From: an uncultured Gemmatimonadales bacterium
GTDB lineage: Bacteria; Gemmatimonadota; Gemmatimonadetes; Gemmatimonadales; GWC2-71-9
Length of the DNA: 64,000 nucleotides
Reading direction: 5' to 3'
Assembly (NCBI GenBank): GCA_963739455.1
Contig: CAVUAK010000003.1
Span: forward strand, 160,001-224,000
Numbering within the stretch: position 1 is the stretch's first letter; every line of letters begins with the position of its first letter. The notes under the pieces were generated by a model. That model had not been told where the DNA came from, searched no databases, and saw nothing but the letters and a program-made list of their open reading frames with translations. Shown here piece after piece: positions 23,601 through 36,181 of the stretch. Position numbers and translations under genes: made by a program.

Positions 23601-25449
23601 GTGATTCGTAACATTGCAATCATCGCGCACGTCGACCACGGCAAGACCACCATGGTCGACCAGATGCTCCGGCAGGCCGGGGCGTTTCGCGCGAACCAGC
23701 ACGTCGAAGAGCGCGTCATGGACTCGAATCCGCTCGAAAAGGAGCGGGGCATCACCATCCTGGCGAAGAACACGTCGGTCAACTGGCATGGCACGAAGAT
23801 CAACATCGTGGACACGCCGGGACACGCCGACTTCGGTGGTGAGGTCGAGCGCATCCTGCGCATGGTCGACGGCTTCGTGCTGCTGGTGGACGCCGCCGAA
23901 GGCCCGATGCCGCAGACGCGGTTCGTCACCCGGAAGGCGCTGGCACTGGGGCTCAAGCCGATCGTGGCGATCAACAAGATCGACCGCTCCGATGCCGAGC
24001 CGCTGCGGGTGCACGACGAGGTGCTGGGCCTGTTCATCGACCTCGAGGCGACGCACGAGCAGCTCGACGCGCCGTTCCTCTACACCTCGAGCCGCGCCGG
24101 CACCGCCACGCCCGAGCTCGATCATCCCGGCACGGACCTGTCGCCGCTGTTCCAGGCGGTCATCGACAACATCGCGGCGCCCACCGGCGACCCCGAGGGC
24201 CCGTTCCAGATGCTCGTGTCCACGCTCGACTTCTCGACGTTCCTCGGTCGCATCGCGATCGGTCGCATCGAGCGCGGCCGGGTGCGTGTCGGCGACCAGG
24301 TGTCCCTGCTGCCCATGGGCGAGCCGGGAATGGTGGTGGATGAGCCGATGGAGAACGGCCGAGTCACCAAGCTGTACACCTTCGACGGTCTCGCCCGCGT
24401 CGACGTGCAGGAAGCGAGCGCCGGCGATATCGTCTGCCTGGCCGGCTTCGAGACCATCGAAATCGGCAAGACGTTCACCTCCATCGAGCATGCCCGAGCG
24501 GCTGCTCGGCATCGCGGTGGAAGAGCCGACGATCTCGGTCGACTTCATCGTGAACAACGGGCCGTTCGCCGGGCGCGACGGCAAGTACGTCACCAGCCGC
24601 CAGCTGCGCGACCGGCTCTACAAGGAGCTCGAGCGCAACGTGGCGCTGCGGGTCGAGCCGACGGACACGCCCGACACGCACTCCGTCTCGGGACGCGGCG
24701 AGCTGCACCTCGGCATCCTCATGGAGACGATGCGGCGCGAGGGCTACGAGTTCCAGGTGTCGCGTCCGCGGGTCATCACCCGCACCGGCGAGAACGGCGA
24801 GCGCCAGGAGCCGTATGAGGAGCTGATGATCGACGTCCCCGAGGAGTACATGGGCGTCGTGATGGAGCGGCTCGGGCCACGCCGTGCCGAGATGAAGGAA
24901 ATGAAGAACAACGGCACCGGCCTGGTGCGGCTCACGTTCAAGATCCCGGCGCGCGGCCTGTTCGGCTACCGCTCCGAGTTCCTGACCGACACCCGCGGCA
25001 ACGGGATCATCCACCACCGGTTCCTCGAGTACGGACCGTGGGCTGGCCCGCTGGCCGGCCGGAAGCGCGGGGTGCTGGTGGCCGACCGCGAGGGCGCCGT
25101 GGTGGCGTTCGCGCTGGGCAACCTGCAGGAGCGGGCCCAGATGTTCGTGGCGCCCACCGACCTGGTGTACGAGGGCATGATCGCGGGCGAGAACTCCCGC
25201 CCGGGCGACCTCGACGTTAATGTGACGAAGGAAAAGAAGCTCACGAACATGCGCGCGTCCGGATCCGACGATAACATCCTGCTGGAACCGCCGCGCCAGA
25301 TCACCCTCGAGTACGCGATGGAATACATCGAGGAGGACGAGCTGATCGAAGTAACCCCGAAGACGATCCGCCTGCGCAAGCGCGTCCTGCAGGTGAATGA
25401 TCGGAAGAAGGCTGCCAGGGCCGCCGCCCGGGTAGCGGACGCGTCGTGA
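23601..25449 (+). CDS. typA: Translational GTPase TypA/BipA, frameshift near 24490
   Basis: [62 protein letters not shown]. Confidence 0.96.
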
Positions 25450-25526
25450 CCCAGCGACTTTCACCCTCTCTACGGATGGCGGAGGCGATCATGCCGGCCA
25501 GCGAGACGTCGTACGGAGCCCTGCAG

Positions 25527-25700
25527 ATGCGGCGGAAGTTCGACGACGATGAGTTCGAGGAAGATACGTTCACCTTCGACGACGATGACGACGACGAGAA
25601 GGAGGACGATGAGGACGAGGACGAGGACGATGATCTCGAGAGCCTCGACGACGAGGAAGTCGAGGAGTTCGATGACTTCGACGAGGACGATGATCGCTGA
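25527..25700 (+). CDS. Hyper-acidic small protein (57 aa)
   Basis: GGAG before the ATG; MRRKF followed by mostly D/E codons. Confidence 0.55.
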   Translation: MRRKFDDDEFEEDTFTFDDDDDDEKEDDEDEDEDDDLESLDDEEVEEFDDFDEDDDR

Positions 25701-25711
25701 CGCCTGAGGCG

Positions 25712-26662
25712 TCAGTCGTCGAATCGCTCCCGATCGTCCTTGTCCACCGGCCCGTCTTCGGCCGGCTCCGCGCGGCCGCCCTCCGACTCGAGGGCGGCCC
25801 GCGCTGCTTTCAGGGCCTCGCGCTTCGCATCGTCCAGCTCGGGATAGTGCAGCTTCAGGCCCTGCAGCGTGTCCACCGCCGCCGCCGCCACGATGAGGCG
25901 CGTCACCCACTTGTGGTCGGCCGGCACCACGTACCAGGGCGCGTGCGGCGTCGCCGTGTGGCGGATCATGTCCTCGTACGCCGTCCATGTACTCGTCCCA
26001 GTGGTCCCGCTCCTGCACATCGGCCGCGGAGAACTTCCAGTTCTTCTCCGGCTGGTCCAGCCGCTCCAGGAAGCGCTTCTTCTGCTCCTTCCGTGACACG
26101 TGCAGGAAGAACTTCCGCACGATGACGCCGTTGCGCGTGAGGTAGCGCTCGTAGCGCGTTGATGTCCTCGAAGCGCTCCTGCCAGATGTGCTTCGTGACG
26201 AGGCTGGGCGGGAGGTGCTGCCGGTCGAGCAGCTCGCGGTGCACCCGCACCACCAGCGTCTCCTCGTAGTAGGACCGGTTGAAGATGCCGATGCGGCCCC
26301 GCTCCGGCAGGCACCGGTTGGTGCGCCAGAGAAAGTCGTGGTCCAGTTCCTCGGCGGACGGCGCCTTGAAGGAGAAGACCTGGCACCCCTGCGGGTTGAT
26401 CGCCCGACATCACGTGCTTGATCGCGCTGTCCTTGCCCGCCGCATCCATCGCCTGGAAGATGAGCAGCACGCCGTAGCGGTCCTGCGCGTACAGCATGTC
26501 CTGCAGCTCGGCGAGCCGCTCGACGCCGCGCCGGAGGGTGTCCTGCGCGCGCTCCTTGTCCTTCACGCCGGCCCGGTCGCCGGTGTCGAAGTCCTTGAGG
26601 CGGAACTTGCTGCCGTCGATGACCCGGTAGGGCCGGGAGAGATCCGCGGCGATGTCTGCCAT
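25712..26662 (-). CDS. ppk2: Polyphosphate kinase 2 family protein, several frameshifts
   Basis: [55 protein letters not shown] spread over frames. Confidence 0.88.
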   Translation of the reverse strand: MADIAADLSRPYRVIDGSKFRLKDFDTGDRAGVKDKERAQDTLRRGVERLAELQDMLYAQDRYGVLLIFQAMDAAGKDSAIKHVMSGDQPAGVPGLLLQGAVRRGTGPRLSLAHQPVPAGAGPHRHLQPVLLRGDAGGAGAPRAARPAAPPAQPRHEAHLAGALRGHQRATSATSRATASSCGSSSCTCHGRSRRSASWSGWTSRRRTGSSPRPMCRSGTTGTSTWTAYEDMIRHTATPHAPWYVVPADHKWVTRLIVAAAAVDTLQGLKLHYPELDDAKREALKAARAALESEGGRAEPAEDGPVDKDDRERFDD

Positions 26663-26691
26663 GGCGATGTCGTTGATGAGGGGAGGAAAGC

Positions 26692-27305
26692 TCAGGGCAC
26701 CGACGGCAGTGTCTTGACCAGCTGGCGGATGGCCTTCTGGATCCGGTCCGGCGTCGGGGCCTTGCCCGTCATGTTGTCCTGGTACACGCCGTGCCACGCG
26801 ACGTCGCCGGTCTTCCGGTCCGTCAGCTCCAGGACCACGCCCGCCTCTCGCTGGGTCAGCCCGGCGAACGCGGGGGCACCGCCGGTGGCGCTGTTGTTGT
26901 ATCCGTAGTCCCAGCCATTCCAGCACCCGCCGGAATTGCAGCTGGTCAGGGGCACCGGCACGTCGGGGCCCTGACTGACGACCGGCGACTCCGATTGCGT
27001 GGTCCTCACCCCGACGGCATAGCGCGCGAGGAACTGGGCCGTGGTCGAGTCGACCTTGCGGTACCCCTTGGCCGTCGAGTGCCGAATCGATGGCGACCTG
27101 GATGCGCATCTTGAGGCGCTGGTTCACGACGGTGTACCCCTGGGCGCCTGCTTCCGGCATGGCGAGTGCGCCGCCGCCCCAGGCGTAGGTGCCGGTGCCG
27201 GGCACCAGGGTGGGCGCCTTGGTGCTCGAAACCGAGGGACCGCACGCCTCGACTGAGGGCGAGCATCGCGGCGACCATCGCCTGCGCAGGCATGTCACGA
27301 ATCAT
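26692..27305 (-). CDS. DUF4136-like lipoprotein, frameshifted
   Basis: Fragments [18 protein letters not shown] and [18 protein letters not shown] resemble the two intact paralogs at 33.6-35 kb. Confidence 0.6.
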
Positions 27306-28088
27306 CGTCGCTCCGGGTGCTGGCGTTCGGCTGCGCGCTGGTAATCTGCAGGGACACGAGCCGGCCGATGAGGACGGCAGGATACAGCTGCCCGATCAGT
27401 CCTTCCATGGTGGCCAGCGATCGCCCGGCGGCATTCACGGGCACGATGTCCCCGTAGCCAATGGTGGTGAGCGTGGTCAGGCTGAAATACATCAACCCTG
27501 ACCGGACCGCGCCGGCATTGGCCGGCTCGTGCGGTGAAGCGGAACGCATCCGGGATCGACCTGCAGCAGGAGCCAGTACGCTTCACCGAAGATGATGCGC
27601 GAGCAGCAGGTAGACGGCGACCGCGCCCTGGAGTCGTGCCGTCGTTATCGGCGCCGCGACGGAAGACGTGCTGCAGCGTCAGCGCGGCCAGCCAGCCCAG
27701 CGCGATCGTCGACGAGCGCGGCCCGCAGCACGCCGGTGTGCGCGCCCGGCACCAGTGCGGTGTACCAGCCCAGCCCGATCGGGGCCGTCATGGCCAGCAG
27801 GCCCGCGATCCGGGCGCGCGCGGTGTCTGCGTCACGGTGAACACGCCGCTGATGCCAAGCACGCGAGAACCCGCCCGCGATCAACAGGCTCTCGCGTCCG
27901 CCGATGATCCCCACGCCCGAAAGCGGGATGGCCACGAAGAGCATCACGATCAGGAATACCAGCATGATCGTCAGGCTCAGGTCGGCTTCCCAGATGCCGC
28001 CCACCTTCTGTCGGACCTGCTCCGGCATCGAATGCATCAGTGGCTCCGGGACCGTGTCAGGGGAATGTACTGCGGGCGAACGCGCCAT
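27295..28088 (-). CDS. Potassium-channel-family (ion channel 2) membrane protein, frameshifted
   Basis: YFSLTTLTTIGYGDIVP selectivity-filter motif and EGLIGQLYPAVLIGRLV. Confidence 0.75.
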
Positions 28089-28188
28089 GGTGATCGGGGA
28101 CAGGGCGCGGGTATTATCCCACCCGCTGGTTGATGGCCCGACGTCCCGTTTCCTTGCCCGGCAGGTTCATGCGTTCCATCGAGCACCC

Positions 28189-31100
28189 ATGCCGACTGCT
28201 CGTCACTGCTTCGTGTTCCTGTGTGCCGCCGGCTCCCGGCGTCGCGCTGGCGCAGGGTACCCTGGACCCGGAGCCGCCGCAGCTATTCCACACGATGGGA
28301 CAGCCGCCGCGATGGAAGCCATATCTCGGCGCGTTCGCCGGCATCAACAACATCACGACCACCGACACGACCACCAGCGTCGGTGGACTCGGCCTCATCG
28401 GCCTGTACCGCGACCTCATCAATCCGCTGGTGGGTGTGGGTGTCGCCGCTGAAGCGTACGCAGGATCAATTGGGCAGCAGCTGGACGGTGGCGCGCGCCT
28501 CAACGTGGCACTTCCCGGTGGTCTTCCTGCAGGGCGGGGTGGACTACTCGATCAGCGACCATTCGTTTGCGTTCATCCTGAGCTTTGCCCTGCCGATCCG
28601 CCGGGGCGGCATCCTCGGGCTCGGCAGCCTCGCCCGCGTGGACTGGCTGCCGGCCAGGGGACAGACGGTCAACGTCGGCCTGCAGATACCGGTGCTGCAG
28701 CCGTGGGTGGGGAAGACCCGGCCCAAGGCGCAGGACATCACCATTCCCCGGGCACCGCACGCGCAGTTCGAGCGCTCGGACAGCATCGCGCAGGCGGACA
28801 CCACCGAGCCGGCCGCCGCGGCCCTCGCGCAGATGCGGCGCGAGGCGGTCTGGTACATCAACCTCATCAACGTCTTCTATACCGGGCTGGGCAAGTCCTA
28901 CGACGACGCCATCCAGACGCAGCGCGACACGATCGCGAGCTTCATCAAGGCGGCAGAGTCGCCCGACGCGCTGCACCCGCAAGGGCTGGAGTCCGTCGAA
29001 CGAGATGGACGTCTGGCATGCGCAGATGAAGGTCGCCTTTGCGGTGGCGGCCGGTACGCTCGGCCCTGCCTCGACCGCCCGCGGCGGGCGGGAATCCAGT
29101 TCCGGCAGCGGCACCGAAATCGCTCGCGCCGCCCGACGCGCCCTGCTCGACTCCGTACTCATTCCCTATGACGCGCGATTCGGGCAGTACAAGGACCCCA
29201 ACCAGATCACCGGCTACGGGTCACGGGGGCGGCTGGCGTTCGAGGCGTGGGTGTCGCGTCAGCGAGATCGCGCCCGATCGCGCAAGCCGCGGTGCTGGCG
29301 GTGTTCGACGGGATCATCGGGATCCTCGAGCAGTGCCGGCGGGAGCTGTACCGCGTCAACGGCACCGACTCGCGCCTCAACTGGATGCCGATGCAGTTCG
29401 CGCTCGAGGCCGATGAGCACGATGACCAGGAGGAGATCGACCGGCTCATCGAGCGGGTGGTGGACCGGCCGTTCACGCCGGCCAATGCGGCGGTGTTCAT
29501 GGCTGGGCAGCAGTTCCAGGTCGAGCTCGCAAACCAGATCGCGTCGGCGCGTTCCTACCAGGTGCTCTGGATTCACGAGTATCGCGGCATCACCGAGGAC
29601 GCTGCCCGACCGCGTCGGCGCGTTCCAGACGCTCAACTACCTGCGGGCGCTGCTGCGCGGGGTCGAGCGCTTCGACTCGCTCGGCCACATGCCGTCCTTC
29701 TTCATTTTCTACGACCAGAATTACTACGAGGCCGGCAAGTCGAAGATCTGGATGGACGTGCTGGAGAATCCGCTGCGGCACAACCTCAAGGTCCCGAAGG
29801 CGGACTCGTTGCATGGCGCGCCGGTTCGGCGCGCTGCAGGACAGCCTGCGGGAAGCCGTCGCCTCCTCGACGCGCCTGCAGGAACTGGCGCGGGTGCAGG
29901 GGAAGGCCTTCGTGGAGAAGCTCGTCCGGGTCAACGTGAGCATCACGCAGCCGTCCGACCTCAGCTTCCGGTCGACCCGCATCATCGGCGTACTGCCGAT
30001 CGCGGCCGACAACCTCGTGCGCGACCACCGCAAGGTCACCTTCTTCGACCTCAGCGAGGACGACCCGGCGGTCGGGCGAGCCGCGTTCACCGGCGTCGGG
30101 TGTGGCCCAGGGCTACGCGGATCCCACGTGGGACGACCGGGTCCTCGTCGTGGCGGGCCCGGCCACACTGACCCTCAAGGAGGACGCGCGCCGGCTGCTG
30201 CTGCGCAACGGCTTCACGCCCGACGAGATTCCGGAACCGCTGCGCGCGCGGGCGCTCGGCCCCGACTACGGCGCGAAGGTCGCCGCCCTTGAGGCGCAGG
30301 GTTTCTCGGCCCACGGCGTCCAGGTGCAGAACGACGTCGGCTTTGGCTGGAAGCGGGCGAGCGTCGTCGAAATGATGCTCATCACCCTGATGCCGCCGGG
30401 CAGCCTTATCTTCATTCCAGATTCGCTGTGGACCAGCCTGACCTACGCGTCGCACCTGGTGGCGGCCGCGCTCCGCGGCTGCCAGGTGTACCTGATTGCG
30501 CCGTCCTTCGCGAATTCGCCCGAGCGCCTCCTGGCTCACCGTGACGCGCAGCATGGACCTCCTCGGCCGGCTGCTCGAGGTGCAGAATCACCTGGCGGCT
30601 GAAATGGCGAAGGATGGCGGCGGACTGCGGGTGGGGATCTACACCAGGACATCGCCGGTCAACAACGCCGAGCTGCGATATGCGCGAGGTGGCGAGGACC
30701 TTCGACGCCAATCCGTGGCTCCAGCAGCTCTTCCTGATGACCGACACGCTGATGGCCGACCTCAATACGGCGCCGGCGCGGCTGCAGGCCTCGGGGTATG
30801 TGCCGCAGCGGATGGTCGAGGACAGCCTCGCCCGCCGGCCAAAGCTGCACGCCAAGACGCAGCTCTTCGCGACCGCCGCCACGCTGCAGGCCATCTCCCG
30901 CCTGCCGGACTATCAGCAGTACATGCGGGAGCAGTTCCAGTCCACGCTCGAGGTGCTCCACTCGCCGGAGAACATGGGCATGCCCGGACAGGCACGGGCC
31001 GGGAACTCGATGGCGCTGGAGCGGGCTTTCGGCAGGCTCACGCCTGCCCAGCGGGACAGCGCGATATTGTTCCTCACCGTCGGGTCGCAGAACAAGGATA

Positions 31101-31327
31101 CGCGCGGCCTGTTGCTCGACGGCGAGACCAACTTCATTGTGTCGGGTGCCTGGGCACTGCAGGCCTACACCGAGATGTTCTACTTCGTCGGAGTGACCAC
31201 GTGGATCGAGACCCAGGAACAGTTCAAGTCCCTGTTCCCGACGTACCCCGAGCGAGTTCGGCGGCTCGGGTTACCGGCTCCGGAAGGCCAGTTGATGCCC
31301 CAGCGGCGGAGTCCCGGCGCATGCTGA
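28189..31327 (+). CDS. Large secreted phospholipase-D-superfamily protein, many frameshifts
   Basis: HxKxxxxD motif (HRKVTFFD, about 30026-30049); second half-site LHAKTQLF and VGSQNKDTRGLLLDGE. Confidence 0.6.
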
Positions 31328-33518
31328 TGTTCGGCCTGTTGCTGGCGTTGCAGGGGACCCCCGTCGATACCACGTGCACCACGGCCGCGCTGTGCGAGCT
31401 GGTGGCGCGCGCGGCCGAGGTGAACCGGGTGCCCGGGCGTCTCGCTACGTATACGGCACGTGTCGAGCTCGAGGCGGCGATCATCAGCGTCAAGGAGACG
31501 TTCGTCGACGGGCCCACCGCGGTCCAGCAGGTGGCGACGGATGTCCGCTGGGAGCGGAACGGGCCCTTCACCGCAGCACGGCATCGGCGCACGCAGCCGG
31601 TACAGCCTCGTGCCGCTGTCGCGCATCCGGTACCTGCTGCTCGGCTGGATCGCGCCGCTGACGTACGGCGACCGCTTCCCCATCTTCGGCCGGCAGGGCG
31701 CCAGCGACGTCTCGGACCCGGTTCCGAACGACGTCGATCCCGGCGCTGATCTACGCCGTTCACCCGCTCGCCAGCGACCGCGCCGATTACTACCGGTACC
31801 TGAGCGCGGACACGATGACGGTGATGTTCCCCGACAGCGTGAGCCGCTCCGTCATCCGCATCAGGGTGACGCTCGCAAGCGTCCCCACCGAGCGTCACCT
31901 GCTCGTGGATGGCTTCATCGACCTCGACGCGGCAACGCTGCAGACCGCTGCCATCAGGTCGAAGCTGGTCTCCACCGGCCAACCGTACCGGGCGCAGCGA
32001 ATACTCGGCACGGTCACGATTCCGTCACCCTACTTTCTCGAGCTCGTCAACACCCCCGATTCGACCGGGACATGGCTGCCGGCGACACAGCGCTACGAGT
32101 GGCAGGGACTGCCCGAGGGAATTGAGGGTGCGCGGCCCGCGCTGCGCATCACCGGGCGATTCCTGCACCGGGCCACCACCACCCTCGAGCCCGGCGCTTC
32201 CGCCTCCTTCAACGACAAGCCGCGCTTCGAGCTGTCGGGAGTCTCGCGGGACTCGCTCTCCAAGTTCAACGACTACGACGAGCCGCTCGGCTACGAGACG
32301 GTTCATTTTCATGCCTCGGATTTCGCAGACCTCGGTTCCCGGCAGCCGATCCTGTCGGGAAAGGGCCGGTTCATCTTCTTCAAGGCGATCAAGGACGAGG
32401 ACATCGTTCGGTTCAACCGCGTCGAGGGGATCTACACCGGCATTCCAGTGACGTATATCCCGGGCGACAAGCTCCCCACGGCGTTCCTGCACGCCAACGC
32501 CGGCGTGGCGTGGTGGACCGGCAACGTCATGTATGACGGTGCCGCGGGCCGGGACAACGGCAAGACGCTCCTCGAGGTGAAGGGGGGCCGGTTCCTGACG
32601 GTCACCAACAAGTTCCGCACCCAGTTCGACAACTTCATGCTGGGCGCGCTCTTCGCGCGGGACAACTGGGACTATGTCGACCGGTACAGCCTCATGCTCC
32701 GGGCAATGCAACGCCTGAGCAGCACTCGCGGGTCGCGCCTCCAGGTCGAGGCAGGCTGGACCGAGGATCGGTACCTCGAGCGCGTGATGCTCACGACCCC
32801 CTGGGTCGGATACCTCCGGCCGAACCGCGGCATCTACAGCGGGAGCTACTTCCGGACGGTCGCGACGCTCGACATCAACCCCGACATCAGTCCGCAGTTC
32901 GTGCGCCAGGGGTGGGGCTTCCAGGTCATGTATGACGGCGGATTTGGCGACCTCAACTACTCGCGCATCCAGGCGCGCGCCGTGGCACGGAAGGACTTCT
33001 CCCGGGCATTCATCGGGGCCGTGGTGGAGGCAGGCACCACGCTGGGCGACAGCATCCCGCCCCAGCAGCTCTTCGAGGTCGGCGGTGCGGTCGGGCTGCC
33101 GGGCTACGAGTACAAGCAGTTCGCCGGCAACAAGGGCATCCTGGCGCGTGTGCGGCTCACGCTGCCCATTCCGCTCTTCACCCTGAGTGGGGGCGCCATC
33201 AACCGGGCGCTCTCGGTGCCGCGCTCACTGCCGTCCATCTCCTTCGGCTACCAGGGTGCGTGGACCAGTATCTCGAATACCGGCACGCAGGCCGCGGTGA
33301 CGGCGCTGGGCTATGCCTTCAACACCGGCACCGGCCAGACTGCGGTCGACTCGCTCACCGGCGTTCCGCTCCCCGCATCCACAGCAAGCAATGGATGGAA
33401 GAGTTCGGTCGACGTGCGGGTGGGCTTCTTCGGCGGGGCGCTCGCGGTCGGTGTCGCCAAGCCATTCTTCCAGGGACAGGGGCTCAGCTGGTTCCTGGCG
33501 ATCGGCGGGCAGTTCTAG
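31321..33518 (+). CDS. Putative outer-membrane beta-barrel protein, frameshifted near the 5' end
   Basis: Signal-like start, RFNRVEG motif, alternating beta-strand pattern, terminal Phe (IGGQF). Confidence 0.6.
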
Positions 33519-33534
33519 CCTGGTGGATGAAAAG

Positions 33535-33569
33535 AAAAGGGGCCCGCATCGTCGATGCGGGCCCCTTCT
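33535..33569. terminator. Intrinsic terminator between convergent genes
   Basis: AAGGGGCCCGCATC-gtc-GATGCGGGCCCCTT perfect 14-bp stem with A/T flanks. Confidence 0.88.
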
Positions 33570-33581
33570 GCGTTCTGGTGC

Positions 33582-34217
33582 TTACTTGGGCACCCGCGGC
33601 AGCGTGTTGAAGATCCTCGCCATCGTGGTGTTGATCTCCTGCTCGGTCGGCGCCCTCGAACCGGGCGAACCCTGCCACACACCGCGCCATGCGGTGTTGC
33701 CCGACTTCTCCTCCTGAAGGTCCACCACGAACGAGGCGTCGGTGTTGGTGACCGGCGTGGTGTTGGAGACGGCCATGCCGCCCATCATCCCCATGCCGCC
33801 CATGCCGCCCATGCCCCAGCCCATGCCCCAACCCGGACCCCACATGCCTGGGCCCATCATTCCCATTCCGCCCATGCCGGTCGTGGTGGTGACGAGTGAG
33901 GTGCTGCTGGTGACGCCAACGAAGTAACGCACCCGGAACGTCGCGTCCTGGGTGCTGTCAACCATGGTGTAGCCCCTCTGCGTCAGCTGCGCGATGATCG
34001 CAAGCTGGATCCGGCGGTGCACGATGTTGTTCTGCACGGCGGGATCCAGTTGGTTCGTCCCCTCGAGGACACCGCCCTCGAACTCCACCGTGGCACCGGC
34101 TGGAATGGGGATGGAGCTGTCACGGTCGGACGTGATCTTGGGACCGCATGCAGCGACCAGTACGACGGCAGCCGTGGCAAGCATTTGGGCGCGCAACAGG
34201 AGCGGAGCAGGTGACAT
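33582..34217 (-). CDS. DUF4136-like lipoprotein with Gly/Met-rich insert
   Basis: Lipobox VAAC; HRRIQLAI; FVVDL..KSGNTAWRG. Confidence 0.8.
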   Translation of the reverse strand: MSPAPLLLRAQMLATAAVVLVAACGPKITSDRDSSIPIPAGATVEFEGGVLEGTNQLDPAVQNNIVHRRIQLAIIAQLTQRGYTMVDSTQDATFRVRYFVGVTSSTSLVTTTTGMGGMGMMGPGMWGPGWGMGWGMGGMGGMGMMGGMAVSNTTPVTNTDASFVVDLQEEKSGNTAWRGVWQGSPGSRAPTEQEINTTMARIFNTLPRVPK

Positions 34218-34305
34218 GCGAACGACCTCAGTTGGCTTGAAGAATGGCCGCCGGTCATGCCGACGGAAGCGGCTGCAATATACTAGCGTGGGGACGATGG
34301 AGGCG

Positions 34306-34339
34306 AAAAAAGGACCACATCGAGTGATGTGGCCCCTTT
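34306..34339 (-). terminator. Intrinsic terminator of the upstream DUF4136 paralog
   Basis: GGACCACATC/GATGTGGCCC stem followed by a T6 run on the minus strand. Confidence 0.7.
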
Positions 34340-34362
34340 CGCTGGCGTGACCGGATGGTGAC

Positions 34363-34986
34363 TCAGGGCACCTTTGGCGCGGACGAGAAGATCTTCGCCA
34401 TCGTCATGTTGATCTGCTCCTGGCTCGGTGCCTCGCGCCCCGGCTCCCCCTGCCAGACACCGCGCCACGCGGTATTGCCTGACTTCTGGTCGACGAGGTC
34501 CACGACGAATGACACGTCGGTTGTGGTCACCGCCTGCGTCGAGGTGACCGCGCCGCCGTACCCGTAACCGTAGCCATAGCCGCCCCAGCCGTACCCGTAC
34601 CCGTAGCCCCACGGGGTGTAGTAGGGTGCCGCCATTCCGGTCGTGGTCGTGACGTAGTCGGTGTCCTTCTTGATGCCCACGAAATAGCGCGTCCGGAAGG
34701 TGGCCGGCGCGCCGCTGTCCACCACCTTGTAGCCCTTCGCCTGCAGCTGCTGGACGATGGCCAGCTGGATGCGGCGGTGCACAATATCGTTCCGGACGCC
34801 GGGATCGCCCTGGACCGGCGGTCCCTCGACGGATCCGCCCTCGAACGTCACGGTGGCGCCGGCCGGAATCGGGATCGTGCTGTCGCGGTCGGATGAAATG
34901 GCGGGCCCCCCGCAGCCGACGGCGACGAGGATTCCGGTTGCCGTGGCGATCAGGCGCAGGGGCAGTGGACGAATGACGAGAGACAT
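34363..34986 (-). CDS. DUF4136-like lipoprotein with Gly/Tyr-rich insert
   Basis: Lipobox VAVGC; close paralog of 33582-34217 (SDRDS.IPIPAGATV.FEGG). Confidence 0.8.
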   Translation of the reverse strand: MSLVIRPLPLRLIATATGILVAVGCGGPAISSDRDSTIPIPAGATVTFEGGSVEGPPVQGDPGVRNDIVHRRIQLAIVQQLQAKGYKVVDSGAPATFRTRYFVGIKKDTDYVTTTTGMAAPYYTPWGYGYGYGWGGYGYGYGYGGAVTSTQAVTTTDVSFVVDLVDQKSGNTAWRGVWQGEPGREAPSQEQINMTMAKIFSSAPKVP

Positions 34987-35130
34987 GCGAACGACCTCAG
35001 TTGGCTTTGGATGGCCCGCCTGAGCAAGCCCCCGGCGGCGGCGATCAATATACCGCCCGGCGCGCCGGTTGTCCCGGGGAGGGTAGCTTGTAACCCCGAC
35101 ACGAGTGGATTATCCTGTCCGGTTCTGCAG

Positions 35131-35204
<74 letters not shown>

Positions 35205-35338
35205 CTGACCCAACTGATGACCCGCCCGGGCGCCAACGCTCAGGCGGGTCGTCGTGTCATGGGGCCCTCCGGCGTGCAGTTGCCGCCGCCCAGCCCGGGG
35301 CGCACACTCTACGTCGGGAGGTGCGACGAATGCCCGAT

Positions 35339-36172
35339 ATGTCATGGACCTGCCCGTCCTGCGACCGAGCGGTGGACACCCCGTACTGCCCCGGCTGCGG
35401 GGAGCGACCGCTGCGCGATCGCGAACTCACGCTGCGCGGCTTCGTGGACCAGCTGGTCCAGGCATTCACCAGCATCGATGGCCGCCTGATCCGGAGCTTT
35501 CGCTACCTGGTGACGCGCCCCGGCTTCCTGACCGTCGCGTTCCTGCAGGGACGGCGGAAGCCGTACCTGAGTCCGATCCAGCTGTTCCTCCTCGCCAACG
35601 TGCTTTTCTTCGCGGCTGAGTCCATGACGGGCGGGCAGATCTTCACCACGCCGCTTGAGTTCCACCTCACCAACCAGCCGTGGAGTCCCTTGGCGCAACG
35701 GATGGTGCCGGCGTGGCTGGAAGCCAGCAACCGGACACTCGAGGCTTATGCACCGGTGTTCAATCGCGCGATGGCGCTGCACGCGCGGTCACTCATCATC
35801 CTCATGGCACTGGCCTTCGCCCCCGTACCGGCACTGGTGTTTCGCGCCGCCAGGCGCCCGACGGTGACGCACGGCGTATTTGCCCTGCACACCTACGCCT
35901 ACCTGCTGCTGCTGTTCGTCATCGCCACAGCCATTCCCGCCGTCGACCACTTGTTCGGCGGGGCGGGCTTTGCGTCCGTGCCCCTGGATCACGCCATTTC
36001 CATGGCCCTGTTGCTGGCGTGCGGGGCCTATCTGTTCGTTTCAACCGGAGTCGTCTATGGCGCGAGCGGAGTGAGTCGTGTGCTCAAGACGCTCGTCCTC
36101 ACCACCTCAGTGGGGGCTATAGTGCTGGCGTACCGCTTCGCGCTGCTCATCGTGACACTGTACACCACCTGA
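35339..36172 (+). CDS. DUF3667-like membrane protein with N-terminal Zn ribbon
   Basis: CPSC...YCPGCGE, DGRLIRSF..L..RPGFLT..F..GRRKPYLSP. Confidence 0.82.
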   Translation: MSWTCPSCDRAVDTPYCPGCGERPLRDRELTLRGFVDQLVQAFTSIDGRLIRSFRYLVTRPGFLTVAFLQGRRKPYLSPIQLFLLANVLFFAAESMTGGQIFTTPLEFHLTNQPWSPLAQRMVPAWLEASNRTLEAYAPVFNRAMALHARSLIILMALAFAPVPALVFRAARRPTVTHGVFALHTYAYLLLLFVIATAIPAVDHLFGGAGFASVPLDHAISMALLLACGAYLFVSTGVVYGASGVSRVLKTLVLTTSVGAIVLAYRFALLIVTLYTT

Positions 36173-36181
36173 AAGGACACA

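Noticed and set aside
11455..24495. Programmed frameshifting or a GCATGC-linked signal at the mfd, surA and typA breaks
   Set aside because: No slippery sequences; single inserted bases restore the frames, and the surA break lies upstream of its GCATGC.
25712..27298. 528-aa ORF joining a lipoprotein to PPK2
   Set aside because: Mosaic of in-frame and out-of-frame pieces of two frameshifted genes.
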